Assembly (NCBI GenBank): GCA_900545075.1
Contig: UQXT01000001.1
Coordinates: 1 to 56,686, forward strand
DNA from: an uncultured Collinsella sp.
Lineage (GTDB): Bacteria > Actinomycetota > Coriobacteriia > Coriobacteriales > Coriobacteriaceae
Direction: 5' to 3'
DNA: 56,686 nt
Made by a program: the position numbers and the translations under genes. The notes below the pieces were generated by a model. It saw only the letters and a program-made list of their open reading frames with translations. It searched no databases and had not been told where the DNA came from. Position 1 is the first letter of the stretch, and each line of letters opens with the position of its first letter. Below are positions 19,043 through 30,304 of the stretch, in pieces.

Positions 19043-21514
19043 CTATAAATGATAATAACGATTCGCGGGTTCCCCGACGGTGAAGTTTGGATTCATATAA
19101 GGATCGCCTTTGACGTAATACTTAGCCCATCGATAATTCATGTACGCGACCTCTTTGTGGAAGCGAATCTGCTTCTCCGTATTGTTTTCAACGCCTCTAG
19201 AAATCGACTCGTAGTGATAGAGCTCGACTTCGGGTGTGTATACAATTAGGTCGTTGATCTCGCGTAGCTTTAAGCAAAAGTCAACGTCATTAAATGCAAC
19301 TTGAAGCTCTTCCGTGAAACCTCCGACTTTCTCATATTCATCACGCTTGGTCATTATGCAAGCTGCGGTGACGGCGCTGAAGTCTTGTTGTGCATCGTTG
19401 AGTGCAAAGTAGCCCCAGTTATCCCTTGGCATGCTTTGGCAAAGATGTCCTGCCACGCCACCAGTGACGCATAAGCCCGCGTGCTGGATGGTGTTGTCGG
19501 GATAGTAGAGTTTTGCACCAACTGCGCCAACATCCTCACGTGCGCAGATGCCAAGCATAGTCTCAATCCAATTGGGCGTAATTACCTCAGTATCGTTATT
19601 CAACAGCAAGAGATAGTCGCCCTTGGCGTGAGCAACGCCAAAGTTCATGAGCTTGGAGAAATTGAATTCGTGCTTCCAAGTTACAAGACGAACGATGTCA
19701 GGATATTTTGCTTGCAACTTATCGTAATAATCGAACGTCTCCTTTTCTGTGCTGTTGTTTTCGATTATGACAAGCTCGAAATTGTCGTACGTTGATTTCT
19801 CAACAATTGACTTAATGCAGTTGTCCAGAATGTTGGCGTGGTCTTTAGTTGGAATGATAATTGACACGAGTGGATGGGAATCTGGCACAGCGTAGGTTAC
19901 TTTATATGTAAAGGGACGACGCGCTTGTTCGACCTTCGCATTGAGCCCAAGCCTGTCCAAATGACTCTGGACCGCTTTGATACCTGCGATAGTGGCATAC
20001 GGCTTGCTATCGGCATTTGCTGCGGTGGAGGTCTCGCTTAGGCGCCAGTGATATAGAACCTTTGCAACATGATGAACTTTCCTTGCCTTTTCCACGGCGT
20101 GGAGAGTCAGATTATGATCCTGTGCTCCATCGAACTCTTTCGTGTTCGGTTCTAGAGTGTCAAGCAGAGACTTACGGATGGTAAGCATATGGCAGATATA
20201 GTTATTGTTTCTGAGCAGATCGATATTGAAATCCGGCTTAAAGAACGGCTGCGCTAGCATTCCATCGGGCATGAGTTTATCTTCATCACAATAAAGAAGA
20301 TCGACGTCATCATTGTTTTCAATTGCCTCGGCATATGAGAACAACAAGTCCGGTTCAAGAATATCGTCATGGTCAAAGAAGCTAACGAAATCACCCGAAG
20401 CGATGGCAACGCCGGCGTTTGTGTTTTCGGAAATGCCCTTATTCTCGGTAAGGTTAATTGATTTAATTCTGTTGTCGTGGGCCGTCTCCTGCTCAACGCG
20501 AGCCTTTAGTTCCTGATTGTCAGGACTTGCATTAACTAGGATGAGCTCCCAGTTTGCATAAGACTGGTTTTTTACGGATTCGGCCATATCGTTAAAGAAC
20601 GAAATGGGTGTGTTGTATAGAGGGACAATAATGCTGAACTTCGGAGCGCTGTTGAAGACGATTTTTCTCTGCTTCTCCAGAGCGCCGATAGTTGCCTTAT
20701 GATCCGTGAACCATTCGGGGTATTCAGGGTCAAACTGCGCATGGGTAAAGAGAAAGTTGGTCTCCTCAAGAAGCAAGCCTAGCTTATCGGGTGTTAAGCA
20801 GTCGAATGCACTGAATGATGGGTGATTTTGATCGTCAATAATAAAGTAGTAACGATCGAACGCCTTTGGCATTCGAATTGAGAGCTGCGTTTCAAGCTGC
20901 TTTTTCTCAGACGTAAATCCAACGCTTGTTACATTCGAGCCGAAATTGACGATGCTCAAATTAACTTCATTAAGGGTTCGATCGAAACAACGAAGTTTGA
21001 TTTGCGAGTCGCTACGATAAGGAGTTCTCACCGTGCACCTAAGGATATAGTCGCTTGAATCTTCGATGCACTGCCAGAAATCAATCGTTGCCATGTCAAA
21101 CTCTGAAACGTCATCGTAGTTTCGGAGTTTGCTGCACATGTCAGGTTTAATTTTGTAGTTAAGGCGCGACTCCCATTTGATGTTCTTGCAATTGAGCGAA
21201 AGGGAGTCGCTGCTCAGGGTGCGACCGTCTTGGCCGATTTCGCTAAACTCAATTTTGATGGTGCGAGCATCGGGATCGGGGACTACAAGGACGTATGAGT
21301 TCGAGTCACAACTATTGTCCCGGAATTTTAGGAGGGATAAAGGTGAGCGGCGGTTATCGTCTGTAGCCGCCTGGGCTGTTACGCTGGAGCCTTTATGGAT
21401 GCCTTCAATCTTAAGCTGCTGGTAGATTTTCCAGTTTCCTCTGCATACTCCGGTTGTTTCGACTCGCATTGTTTGCCTTTCGTTTGTTGGACACTGCTCA
21501 TTGTACTTTTTCAT
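19043..21514 (-). CDS. Large dual-domain GT2 glycosyltransferase with uncharacterised N-terminal region
   Basis: FSIIVPLYNT...DHDD...QDH (domain 1); VSIIIPTKD...LNNDTE...AVTAAC...FNDVDFCL (domain 2). Confidence 0.88.
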   Translation of the reverse strand: MKKYNEQCPTNERQTMRVETTGVCRGNWKIYQQLKIEGIHKGSSVTAQAATDDNRRSPLSLLKFRDNSCDSNSYVLVVPDPDARTIKIEFSEIGQDGRTLSSDSLSLNCKNIKWESRLNYKIKPDMCSKLRNYDDVSEFDMATIDFWQCIEDSSDYILRCTVRTPYRSDSQIKLRCFDRTLNEVNLSIVNFGSNVTSVGFTSEKKQLETQLSIRMPKAFDRYYFIIDDQNHPSFSAFDCLTPDKLGLLLEETNFLFTHAQFDPEYPEWFTDHKATIGALEKQRKIVFNSAPKFSIIVPLYNTPISFFNDMAESVKNQSYANWELILVNASPDNQELKARVEQETAHDNRIKSINLTENKGISENTNAGVAIASGDFVSFFDHDDILEPDLLFSYAEAIENNDDVDLLYCDEDKLMPDGMLAQPFFKPDFNIDLLRNNNYICHMLTIRKSLLDTLEPNTKEFDGAQDHNLTLHAVEKARKVHHVAKVLYHWRLSETSTAANADSKPYATIAGIKAVQSHLDRLGLNAKVEQARRPFTYKVTYAVPDSHPLVSIIIPTKDHANILDNCIKSIVEKSTYDNFELVIIENNSTEKETFDYYDKLQAKYPDIVRLVTWKHEFNFSKLMNFGVAHAKGDYLLLLNNDTEVITPNWIETMLGICAREDVGAVGAKLYYPDNTIQHAGLCVTGGVAGHLCQSMPRDNWGYFALNDAQQDFSAVTAACIMTKRDEYEKVGGFTEELQVAFNDVDFCLKLREINDLIVYTPEVELYHYESISRGVENNTEKQIRFHKEVAYMNYRWAKYYVKGDPYMNPNFTVGEPANRYYHL

Positions 21515-21670
21515 TTGTTGCCTCGCTAGAAATGCAGAAAGAGTTGCGTGTTTCTGCTGTCCGATTTAAATAAGAAGACGGGGAGGTTGCTGCCGGTGCG
21601 TATAATTTAATTAACTATGCATCTGTAATCAGCGGCTTTTGCTCAACGATTGTCAATCGAGAGGATTTTT

Positions 21671-22570
21671 ATGAAAGGCATCATCCTCGCCGGCGGGTCC
21701 GGCACGCGCCTGTACCCGCTCACGCTCGTGACCTCCAAGCAGCTGCTGCCGGTCTACGACAAGCCCATGATCTACTACCCGCTGTCCACCCTCATGCTGG
21801 CGGGCATCCGGGACATCCTGGTCATCTCCACGCCTACCGACCTGCCCAACTTCGAGCGCCTGCTCGGTGACGGCTCGCGCTACGGCGTCAACCTGTCCTA
21901 CGCCGAGCAGCCGAGCCCCGATGGCCTGGCGCAGGCATTCACCATCGGCGAGGAGTTCATCGCCGGCGAGCCGTGCGCCCTGGTGCTCGGCGACAACATC
22001 TTCTACGGCAACGGGCTCAGCCGCCACCTGACGCGCGCCGTCCAGAACGCCGAGTCGGGCCGCGCCACGGTCTTCGGCTACCACGTGGACGACCCCGAGC
22101 GCTTCGGCGTCGTCGAGTTCGATGCACAGGGCAGGGCCGTCTCCATCGAGGAGAAGCCAGCGGAGCCCAAGAGCTCCTACGCCGTCACCGGCCTGTACTT
22201 CTACCCGGGCGACGTGGCCGCCAAGGCGCACGAGGTGAGGCCCTCGGCCCGCGGCGAGCTGGAGATCACCACGCTCAACCAGATGTACCTGGAGGAGGGG
22301 ACGCTGTCCGTGGTGACCCTCGGCCGCGGCTACGCGTGGCTGGACACCGGCACCATGGAGAGCCTGCACGAGGCCGCGGAGTTCGTCCGCGCCGTGGAGC
22401 ACTCCCAGGACCTGCCGGTCTCGGTCCCCGAGGAGATCGCCTGGGAGAACGGCTGGATCACGACCGCCGAGCTGGAGGAGGCCGCCAAGGCCTACGGCAA
22501 GTCGGTCTACGGGCAGCACCTGAAGAAGGTCGCCGCCGGCGAGATCGTCAATAGCCCACGCGAGTACTAG
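21671..22570 (+). CDS. rmlA: Glucose-1-phosphate thymidylyltransferase
   Basis: [42 protein letters not shown]. Confidence 0.97.
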   Translation: MKGIILAGGSGTRLYPLTLVTSKQLLPVYDKPMIYYPLSTLMLAGIRDILVISTPTDLPNFERLLGDGSRYGVNLSYAEQPSPDGLAQAFTIGEEFIAGEPCALVLGDNIFYGNGLSRHLTRAVQNAESGRATVFGYHVDDPERFGVVEFDAQGRAVSIEEKPAEPKSSYAVTGLYFYPGDVAAKAHEVRPSARGELEITTLNQMYLEEGTLSVVTLGRGYAWLDTGTMESLHEAAEFVRAVEHSQDLPVSVPEEIAWENGWITTAELEEAAKAYGKSVYGQHLKKVAAGEIVNSPREY

Positions 22571-22589
22571 CGCAAGCTTGTTTTCTTTT

Positions 22590-22620
22590 AGGGGTCACCG
22601 TTTATCTGGTGGCCCCTTTC
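22590..22620 (+). terminator. Stem-loop after rmlA
   Basis: AGGGGTCACC/GGTGGCCCCT followed by a short T run. Confidence 0.55.
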
Positions 22621-22665
22621 GTTATGATTACGTTGACCATAAAGACAATATGATTGGGAGTGGAT

Positions 22666-23103
22666 GTGTTAAGCGTCTACTTTGGCGATATGCCAGAAGC
22701 GATTTACAACACAGCGACATATTTCAAAAACTCTTACCGGTCTTCTTGGATTACGGATCCCTATGCAGTCTCGATAATTAAAGATGTCGATCGATCGGTT
22801 GTTGTCTCCGAAAACGTCATCGAAAGCCCTGTGCTTGGATCCATCTCCCCACTCCAGCTTTCTGGTGGCGTGAAAACGCTGCTGCTTATGAGATTTGATC
22901 GTAAGCATATTTTTAACGCTTCTACCTGTGGTGACAACTGTGCCAAGTGGATTCTCGACATGGCGAAAGACCGCAAGCTCGTTGTGAATCTCTATCATGT
23001 GATGGACTTTGGTCGCGAGGATTTTAAAATTAAAGTCGTGAATAGCGGCCGAATCGTTCACAACATGGCCGATTTGATTCACGAGTCGATTCCGTATCTG
23101 TAG
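22666..23103 (+). CDS. DUF4869-like protein carrying an ABC-signature-like LSGG motif
   Basis: (M)LSVYFGDMPEAIYNT...ISPLQLSGGVKTLLLM...CGDNCA...VNLYH; GTG start after GGGAG. Family recognised from memory. Confidence 0.7.
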   Translation: MLSVYFGDMPEAIYNTATYFKNSYRSSWITDPYAVSIIKDVDRSVVVSENVIESPVLGSISPLQLSGGVKTLLLMRFDRKHIFNASTCGDNCAKWILDMAKDRKLVVNLYHVMDFGREDFKIKVVNSGRIVHNMADLIHESIPYL

Positions 23104-23112
23104 GTGCTGCTT

Positions 23113-24087
23113 ATGAACGGTTCGCATCTCGTTAAGATTTCCCGCCGCAGGGGAACCAAGTACACATTTACCATTAAACGGAACATTACTATTGTGCGTG
23201 GGGATAGTGGCACGGGTAAGACGACACTGTTTGACATGGTCGCAGACTACATGCGAACGGGCGAGCAGTCGGGTGTTTCCTTGCAATGCGATTGTCCCTG
23301 TGTCGCCCTGACCGATTATGATTGGCGAAACCAGCTTTCGTCCGTTCATGACTCGATTGTATTTGTCGATGAGGGCTTAAAAGAGATCCATTCTGATGAG
23401 TTTGCCCATCATGTGCTGTATTCCTCGAATTATTTCGTGCTGATCTCAAGGGCTGATTTCCCCAATCTTCCGTATAGCGTGGATGAGATTTACAAGATTA
23501 AGACGAGCGGAAAATACCATTCTTTCGTCCCTGTTTATCAAGATCGCGGGAATCATCGTTATGCTATTTCCCGGTCGGCGCCAAAACAGGACTTTTCTAT
23601 CCTTCTATGCGAGGACAGTAAGTCTGGTTTCCAGTTCTTTAAACGGCATTTTGCTGACAGTGAGCTTACCTGTACTTCGGCCATGACGAACAGCGCGATT
23701 TTGGGCTGGTTGGATCAGCATCTCGACGATCGCGTGTTTGTTGTCGCGGACGGGGCGGCATTTGGGTGCTATGCGGACCGCGTCCTTAAGCTGCAAGACA
23801 TTCACCGCGATACTGTTACGGTTTGTCTTCCCGAGTCGTTCGAATGGCTTCTGCTGAGCTCCGGCGTAATTTCAGGGCTAGATGTTAAGACGGTTTTGGA
23901 AACCCCAGAAGCCTTTGTAAACAGTGAGAAGTTTAAAAGCTGGGAGGATTTCTTCTATAAGTACTTACGTGAAATAACTGGGGATTCGGTTTTTCACTAC
24001 GACAAAGACTGCATTTCGGAGGCGTTTTGTACAGGAGGTAATTCTGCGAAGGTTATGGCTCTTATCGCATGCCGAAATGTCCGATAG
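23113..24087 (+). CDS. P-loop ATPase with C-terminal TOPRIM-like domain
   Basis: Walker A GDSGTGKT and Walker B IVFVDE; C-terminal LLCEDSKSG...VVADG...ESFE acidic motifs. ATG at 23113 follows AGGTG. Confidence 0.65.
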   Translation: MNGSHLVKISRRRGTKYTFTIKRNITIVRGDSGTGKTTLFDMVADYMRTGEQSGVSLQCDCPCVALTDYDWRNQLSSVHDSIVFVDEGLKEIHSDEFAHHVLYSSNYFVLISRADFPNLPYSVDEIYKIKTSGKYHSFVPVYQDRGNHRYAISRSAPKQDFSILLCEDSKSGFQFFKRHFADSELTCTSAMTNSAILGWLDQHLDDRVFVVADGAAFGCYADRVLKLQDIHRDTVTVCLPESFEWLLLSSGVISGLDVKTVLETPEAFVNSEKFKSWEDFFYKYLREITGDSVFHYDKDCISEAFCTGGNSAKVMALIACRNVR

Positions 24088-24096
24088 TTTTGTTGA

Positions 24097-25182
<1,086 letters not shown>

Positions 25183-25253
25183 GACCGCATCCCGGCGAAC
25201 CGCACCGCGGGCGCCCCCGGTTACCCAACCTCTTCGATAGGAGCTTTTCCCAC

Positions 25254-26708
25254 ATGGCAGACATCGCATTCGAGAAGGACCTCTCCGTCGCCGAGACCGG
25301 CATCGGGGGCCTGAAGGTCGTCGACCTCGCCGTCCACGGCGACTCGCGCGGCTGGTTCAAGGAGAACTGGCAGCGCGCCAAGATGTGCGCCCTGGGCATC
25401 CCGGATCTCAGGGTCGTCCAGAACAACATCTCCTACAACGACAGCCGCGGCGTCACCCGCGGCATCCACGCCGAGCCCTGGGACAAGTTCATCTCCGTGG
25501 CGCGCGGCAGCGTCTTCGGCGCCTGGGTGGACCTGCGCGAGGGCAGCGAGACCTACGGGAAGGTGTTCACCTGCACGCTCGACCCGTCCAAGGCCATCTA
25601 CGTCCCGCGCGGCGTGGGCAACTCCTTCCAGGCCCTGGAGGACGGCACCGCCTACACCTACCTGGTGGACGCCCACTGGTCCCTCGAGCTCAAGAAGACC
25701 TACACCTTCGTGAACCTCGCCGACCCCGAGCTCGCCATCGAGTGGCCGATCCCGCTCGATGAGGCCACCGTCTCCGAGGCCGACCTCAACCACCCGATGC
25801 TCAGGGACGTCGTCCCAATGGCGCCCAAGAGGACGCTCGTCACCGGCTGCAACGGCCAGCTGGGCCATGCTGTGCGCAGGCTGGCGGAGGAGCGCGGCGT
25901 CGCCAAGGACTTCGACTTCTGCGACATCGACACCTTCGATATGTCAGACCCGGACGCCTACACACAGTACGACTGGTCGCTCTACGGCACCGTGATCAAC
26001 TGCGGCGCCTACACCGCCGTGGATAGGGCGGAGACCGCCGAGGGCCGCGCGACCGCCTGGAAGGCCAACGCGACCGGCCCCGCCCTCCTCGCCCGCACAT
26101 GCTCTGATCACGGGATCACCCTCGTCCACGTGTCCAGCGACTACGTCTTCGACGGCACCGCCGAGGTGCACGACGAGGAGGAGCCCCTCAGCCCGCTGTC
26201 CGTCTACGGCCAGACCAAGGCCGCAGGCGACATCGCCGTGGCCGGGTGCCCGCGCCACTACATCATGCGCAGCTCCTGGGTCATCGGCGAGGGGCACAAC
26301 TTCGTCAAGACGATGAAAATGCTGTCCGACCGCGTCGCCGACTCCGAGGACAAGCTGGAGAAGGCCACCGTCGTGGACGACCAGCTGGGCCGCCTTACCT
26401 TCACGCGCGACATGGCGCAGGCCATCTTCCACGTGCTGGGGACGCACGCCCCCTACGGCACCTACGACTGCACCGGCTCCGGCACCGTCAAGTCCTGGGC
26501 CGATATCGCCCGCGCCGTCTTCGAGGCCGCCAACGGCAACGGGGACAGGGTCGTGCCGGTATCGACCGCCGACTACTACGCGAGCGCCGAGGGCCCCGTC
26601 GCCCCGCGCCCGGTCCACTCCGCGCTCGACCTGTCCAAGCTCGAGGCTGCCGGCTTCCACATGCCCGACTGGGAGGAAGAGCTGGGGGAGTACATCAAGA
26701 CGCTCTAG
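25254..26708 (+). CDS. rmlCD: Bifunctional dTDP-4-dehydrorhamnose 3,5-epimerase/reductase (RmlC-RmlD fusion)
   Basis: GDSRGWFKE...RGIHAEPW (RmlC), then VTGCNGQLG...AYTAVD...SSDYVFDG...YGQTK (RmlD). ATG at 25254 follows AGGAG. Confidence 0.95.
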   Translation: MADIAFEKDLSVAETGIGGLKVVDLAVHGDSRGWFKENWQRAKMCALGIPDLRVVQNNISYNDSRGVTRGIHAEPWDKFISVARGSVFGAWVDLREGSETYGKVFTCTLDPSKAIYVPRGVGNSFQALEDGTAYTYLVDAHWSLELKKTYTFVNLADPELAIEWPIPLDEATVSEADLNHPMLRDVVPMAPKRTLVTGCNGQLGHAVRRLAEERGVAKDFDFCDIDTFDMSDPDAYTQYDWSLYGTVINCGAYTAVDRAETAEGRATAWKANATGPALLARTCSDHGITLVHVSSDYVFDGTAEVHDEEEPLSPLSVYGQTKAAGDIAVAGCPRHYIMRSSWVIGEGHNFVKTMKMLSDRVADSEDKLEKATVVDDQLGRLTFTRDMAQAIFHVLGTHAPYGTYDCTGSGTVKSWADIARAVFEAANGNGDRVVPVSTADYYASAEGPVAPRPVHSALDLSKLEAAGFHMPDWEEELGEYIKTL

Positions 26709-26730
26709 CCGCTATTAACTTTTCGAGAGT

Positions 26731-26760
26731 AAAAGCCGCCGTTCTTTAACGGCGGCTTTT
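26731..26760. terminator. Bidirectional intrinsic terminator
   Basis: AAAAGCCGCCGTT-CTTT-AACGGCGGCTTTT between convergent genes. Confidence 0.85.
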
Positions 26761-26810
26761 CTTGTTGGTGGCTATCTGCGCAGTGGTGCCAATAGTATTT
26801 TGCGGAAGAT

Positions 26811-27782
26811 CTACCTCTCTCTTGGCATGGAAGTAGGGTGGCCGGGCTGGTCGTCGTAGGCGTATTTGCTGTACACGTTGACCTCCCACTGCTTTTTTTC
26901 GACCTTTGCTACAGAATCTAGGATGAAGCCGGTCGCAAGGCTCAGGCCGCACAGGAACATAAACGAGGCGGCGAGCATAGCGGTGGGGAAGCGCGGGACG
27001 AGGCCGGTCTGGAAATATTCGACAACGATGGGCATGCCCAGGGCGAGGCCGAATACCGCGAACAGAAGCGCAACGAGGCTGAAGAACTTCAGCGGGCGGT
27101 AGTCCTTGAACAGCGTGCCGATCATCGCAACGACTTTAATGCCGTCGCTCACGGTGTTGAGTTTGGACTCGGAACCCTCGGGACGGTCGCGGTACTCGAT
27201 GGGCACATCTTTGATGCGCCAGCGGTGGTCGACGGCGTGGATCGAGAGCTCGGTTTCGATCTGAAAGCCCTCGGAAAGCACTGGGAAGGTTTTAACGAAC
27301 GGGCGGCTCATGGCGCGGTAGCCTGTCATGACGTCATCGAAGCTGTAGCCATAGATCCACTTGATCATGGCGCGGACCAGATTATTGCCAAAGCCGTGGA
27401 AGGCACGCTTGTTCTCCTCGGCGTAGGTGCCGTTGGAAAGGCGATCGCCTACGGTCATGTCGGCCGTGCCGTTAAGGATGGGCTCGCAGAGGGCCTTGGC
27501 CGCCTCGGCGGGGTAGGTGTCGTCTCCGTCGACCATCAGGTAGCAATCGGCGTCGATATCGCGAAACATCTGGCGGCACACGTTGCCCTTTCCCTGACGG
27601 GGCTCAAAGCGGACTGTGGCGCCGTGCTCGGTGGCAATGCGTGAGGTATCGTCCGACGAGTTGTTGTCATAGACATAGACCGTCGCCTGCGGAAGCTCGC
27701 GGTGAAAGTCGTCGATGACTTTGCCGATCGTGAGCGCTTCGTTGTAGCAAGGGATGATGACGGCGATGGATTCAGAATTCAC
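26811..27782 (-). CDS. GT2 undecaprenyl-phosphate glycosyltransferase (GtrB/DPM-like) with two C-terminal TM helices
   Basis: IIPCYNE, DNNSSD, MVDGDDTY and DVMTGYR motifs. Confidence 0.88.
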   Translation of the reverse strand: MNSESIAVIIPCYNEALTIGKVIDDFHRELPQATVYVYDNNSSDDTSRIATEHGATVRFEPRQGKGNVCRQMFRDIDADCYLMVDGDDTYPAEAAKALCEPILNGTADMTVGDRLSNGTYAEENKRAFHGFGNNLVRAMIKWIYGYSFDDVMTGYRAMSRPFVKTFPVLSEGFQIETELSIHAVDHRWRIKDVPIEYRDRPEGSESKLNTVSDGIKVVAMIGTLFKDYRPLKFFSLVALLFAVFGLALGMPIVVEYFQTGLVPRFPTAMLAASFMFLCGLSLATGFILDSVAKVEKKQWEVNVYSKYAYDDQPGHPTSMPRER

Positions 27783-27942
27783 TTAATGCTCCTTATACAT
27801 TCAATCCTAGAAAGTATAGCCGTTTGGGCCTGGCATCCTAAGATGTGGGTTAGTTCTCCAGTTTTGTTGCGCGAATCGTTTGCATGGCCGTCGGGTCTAT
27901 ACTGTTCGTTTGTCAACGATTACGAGTAAAGGAGTTGCATCC

Positions 27943-28788
27943 GTGTCGGATCAGACAAAGCAACAAGAAACTCGCAGTCTGCCTGCGACGTTTGCTAAGA
28001 ACGAATTTGAGAAGGACGCGTTTATCCTTCGTCAGCTGGTTACCAAGGATTTTAAGATCAAGTATCGCCGTAGCGTTCTGGGCGTCGCATGGTCGGTGCT
28101 CAACCCGCTGCTGATGATGATCGTCATGGCCATCGTGTTCTCGACGATTTTTGGCCAGGGCCGCAATGGCTCAATGACGCCCGAGATGTACCCGCTGTAC
28201 TTGATCGTGGGTAACATCACCTTTGCCGTCATGTCTGAGTCTACTAACCAGGCCCTGACGTCGATCGTGGGCGCTGCCCCTCTGCTCAAGAAGGTTAAGG
28301 TGCACCGCTGGGTTTTCCCGGTGCAGAAGGTGCTCTTCTCGCTGGTCAACTTTGCCTTCTCGCTGGTCGCCGTCGCCATCGTCATGCTGTGGTTCCGCGT
28401 TATGCCTTCTTGGCACCTGATTCTGTTGCCGGTTTGCCTGCTGCTGCTTATGTGCTTCTGCATGGGCCTGGGCATGATGCTCTCTGCCCTTACGGTCTTC
28501 TTCCGCGACGTTATGCATCTGTGGAGCGTCGTCATTACGGCGTGGACTTACATTACGCCCATCTTCTGGACGACTGACTATATTGCGCAAATGCCGCATC
28601 TCGTGCGTATCTTGATGTATGCGAACCCCATGTTCAACTACCTGCAGTTTATGCGCGATATCTTCCTGTTCCAGACTACGCCCTCGCTTATGACGTTTGG
28701 TATGTGCGTCGCTTGGGCGGTTCTTGCGCTTATTATTGGCTATACCGTGTTCCATAAGTCCGAGCGCAAATTTATCCTCTACATCTAA
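27943..28788 (+). CDS. wzm: Polysaccharide ABC exporter permease (Wzm/RgpC-like)
   Basis: KDFKIKYRRSVLGVAWSVLNPL, FFRD and TPIFW motifs; GTG start after AAGGAG. Confidence 0.92.
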   Translation: MSDQTKQQETRSLPATFAKNEFEKDAFILRQLVTKDFKIKYRRSVLGVAWSVLNPLLMMIVMAIVFSTIFGQGRNGSMTPEMYPLYLIVGNITFAVMSESTNQALTSIVGAAPLLKKVKVHRWVFPVQKVLFSLVNFAFSLVAVAIVMLWFRVMPSWHLILLPVCLLLLMCFCMGLGMMLSALTVFFRDVMHLWSVVITAWTYITPIFWTTDYIAQMPHLVRILMYANPMFNYLQFMRDIFLFQTTPSLMTFGMCVAWAVLALIIGYTVFHKSERKFILYI

Positions 28789-28799
28789 GGAGTGCTGTG

Positions 28800-29567
28800 A
28801 TGACTGAATCTGTTGTTGATTACAGCGAGCAGCCTCTGGCTGTCGAGGTCGACGACGTCACCATGATCTTTAACATGGCGTCCGAGTCGCTGACCAACCT
28901 CAAGGAGTACTTCATTAAGCTTGCCAAGCACGAGCTGTTCTTTGAGGAGTTTAGGGCGCTTAAGCACATCTCGTTTGATATTCATCGCGGCGAGGTTGTG
29001 GGTCTGGTCGGCACCAATGGCTCCGGCAAGTCTACGATGCTCAAGATTATCGCTGGCGTTCTTGAGCCTAGCGAGGGCAGCGTTAAGGTGCACGGTAACA
29101 TCGCGCCGCTGATTGAGCTTGGCGCCGGCTTTGACCCCGAGCTGACCGCCCGCGAGAACATCTATCTGAACGGCGCCCTGCTCGGCTATACCAAGGAGTT
29201 CATCGACGCCAACTTTGACGGCATTATCGAGTTCGCTGAGCTGCAGAACTTTGTCGATATGCCGCTTAAGAACTTCTCTTCGGGCATGGTGGCGCGTATC
29301 GCCTTTGCAATCGCGACGATTACCGAGCCCGATATTCTGATCGTTGACGAGACGCTGTCCGTCGGTGATGTGTTCTTCCAGCAAAAGTGTGAGGCCCGCA
29401 TCCAGCACTTTATCCAGAGCGGCGACGTGACGGTTCTGTTCGTTTCGCACTCTATGGAGCAGGTTGAGCGCATCTGCCAGCGTGCCGTTTGGATTGAGAA
29501 GGGTGACCTTCGCATGGACGGCCCGGTCGATGAGGTCTGCAAGGCGTACCGCGAGCAGTTCAACTAG
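28800..29567 (+). CDS. wzt: Polysaccharide ABC exporter ATPase (Wzt/RgpD-like) without a C-terminal carbohydrate-binding domain
   Basis: GTNGSGKST, FSSGMVARIAF, ILIVDE and VSHS motifs. Confidence 0.93.
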   Translation: MTESVVDYSEQPLAVEVDDVTMIFNMASESLTNLKEYFIKLAKHELFFEEFRALKHISFDIHRGEVVGLVGTNGSGKSTMLKIIAGVLEPSEGSVKVHGNIAPLIELGAGFDPELTARENIYLNGALLGYTKEFIDANFDGIIEFAELQNFVDMPLKNFSSGMVARIAFAIATITEPDILIVDETLSVGDVFFQQKCEARIQHFIQSGDVTVLFVSHSMEQVERICQRAVWIEKGDLRMDGPVDEVCKAYREQFN

Positions 29568-29621
29568 GTTATAATTACTTGCGCCTGACAGGCTTGTGCT
29601 TGCTTGGGCGTGCGGTTATTT

Positions 29622-29698
29622 GCTCCATTAGCTCAGTTGGATAGAGCAGGGGACTTCTAATCCCAAGGTCGACGGTTCGAATCCGCCATGGAGCACCA
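29622..29698 (+). tRNA. tRNA-Arg (anticodon UCU)
   Basis: GCTCCAT/ATGGAGC acceptor stem, anticodon loop CTTCTAA, TTCGAAT T-loop, encoded CCA. Confidence 0.95.
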
Positions 29699-29707
29699 TC
29701 GTTTATT

Positions 29708-29740
29708 AAGCCCAGACCGCTTGGTGGTCTGGGCTTTTTT
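29708..29740 (+). terminator. Intrinsic terminator after tRNA-Arg(UCU)
   Basis: AAGCCCAGACCGC-TTG-GTGGTCTGGGC followed by TTTTTT. Confidence 0.85.
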
Positions 29741-29802
29741 CATCTTGTGTGTTGCTGGAGCCGAGCGCGAGCAAGCCGCTGCTGTTTGTTGGGGTTGGCA
29801 TT

Positions 29803-30240
29803 TTACTTTTCGAGATGCTCTTTCAGCAGCTCCAACGCGTGGGCGTAGCCCTTCAGGCCCTCTCCGGTGATGGTGGCGAAGCAGGCCAGACGGGCGTAGC
29901 TCACCTGGCGGAAGTCTTCGCGGGTCTCGACTGCGCTAATGTGGACCTCCACAGCCGGGATGGCGACGGCTTTGAGCGCGTCCAGGATGGCCACGCTTGT
30001 GTGCGTGTAGGCGGCCGGGTTGATGACGATGCCGTCGACCTTTCCGTAAGCCTCCTGGATCTTGTCGACGATGCTGCCCTCGTGGTTGGACTGGAAAACC
30101 TCGACCTCGTCGAAGCCCTGTGCGGCACCCGCTTCCTGGCAGATCTGCACTAAGCGATCGTAGTTGTCGCTGCCGTAGATGCCTGGCTCGCGAATGCCGA
30201 GCATGTTGAGGTTGGGGCCGTTAATGACGAGTGCTTTCAT
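29803..30240 (-). CDS. aroQ: Type II 3-dehydroquinate dehydratase
   Basis: NGPNLNMLGIREPGIYG, QSNHEG, NPAAYTHTS and EVHIS motifs. Confidence 0.96.
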   Translation of the reverse strand: MKALVINGPNLNMLGIREPGIYGSDNYDRLVQICQEAGAAQGFDEVEVFQSNHEGSIVDKIQEAYGKVDGIVINPAAYTHTSVAILDALKAVAIPAVEVHISAVETREDFRQVSYARLACFATITGEGLKGYAHALELLKEHLEK

Positions 30241-30261
30241 GGTTGCTTCCTTTGCAGTTGA

Positions 30262-30302
30262 AAAACCACCACAAAGGTGCCTGCCCCCTTTGTGGTGGTT
30301 TT
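30262..30302 (-). terminator. Terminator-like hairpin inside the aro operon
   Basis: Perfect 16-bp inverted repeat AAAACCACCACAAAGG/CCTTTGTGGTGGTTTT. Confidence 0.65.
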
Positions 30303-30304
30303 GG

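Noticed and set aside
29622..29740. Integrative element or prophage att site at tRNA-Arg
   Set aside because: No integrase or phage genes, and no partial tRNA duplication seen; both tRNAs are full length.
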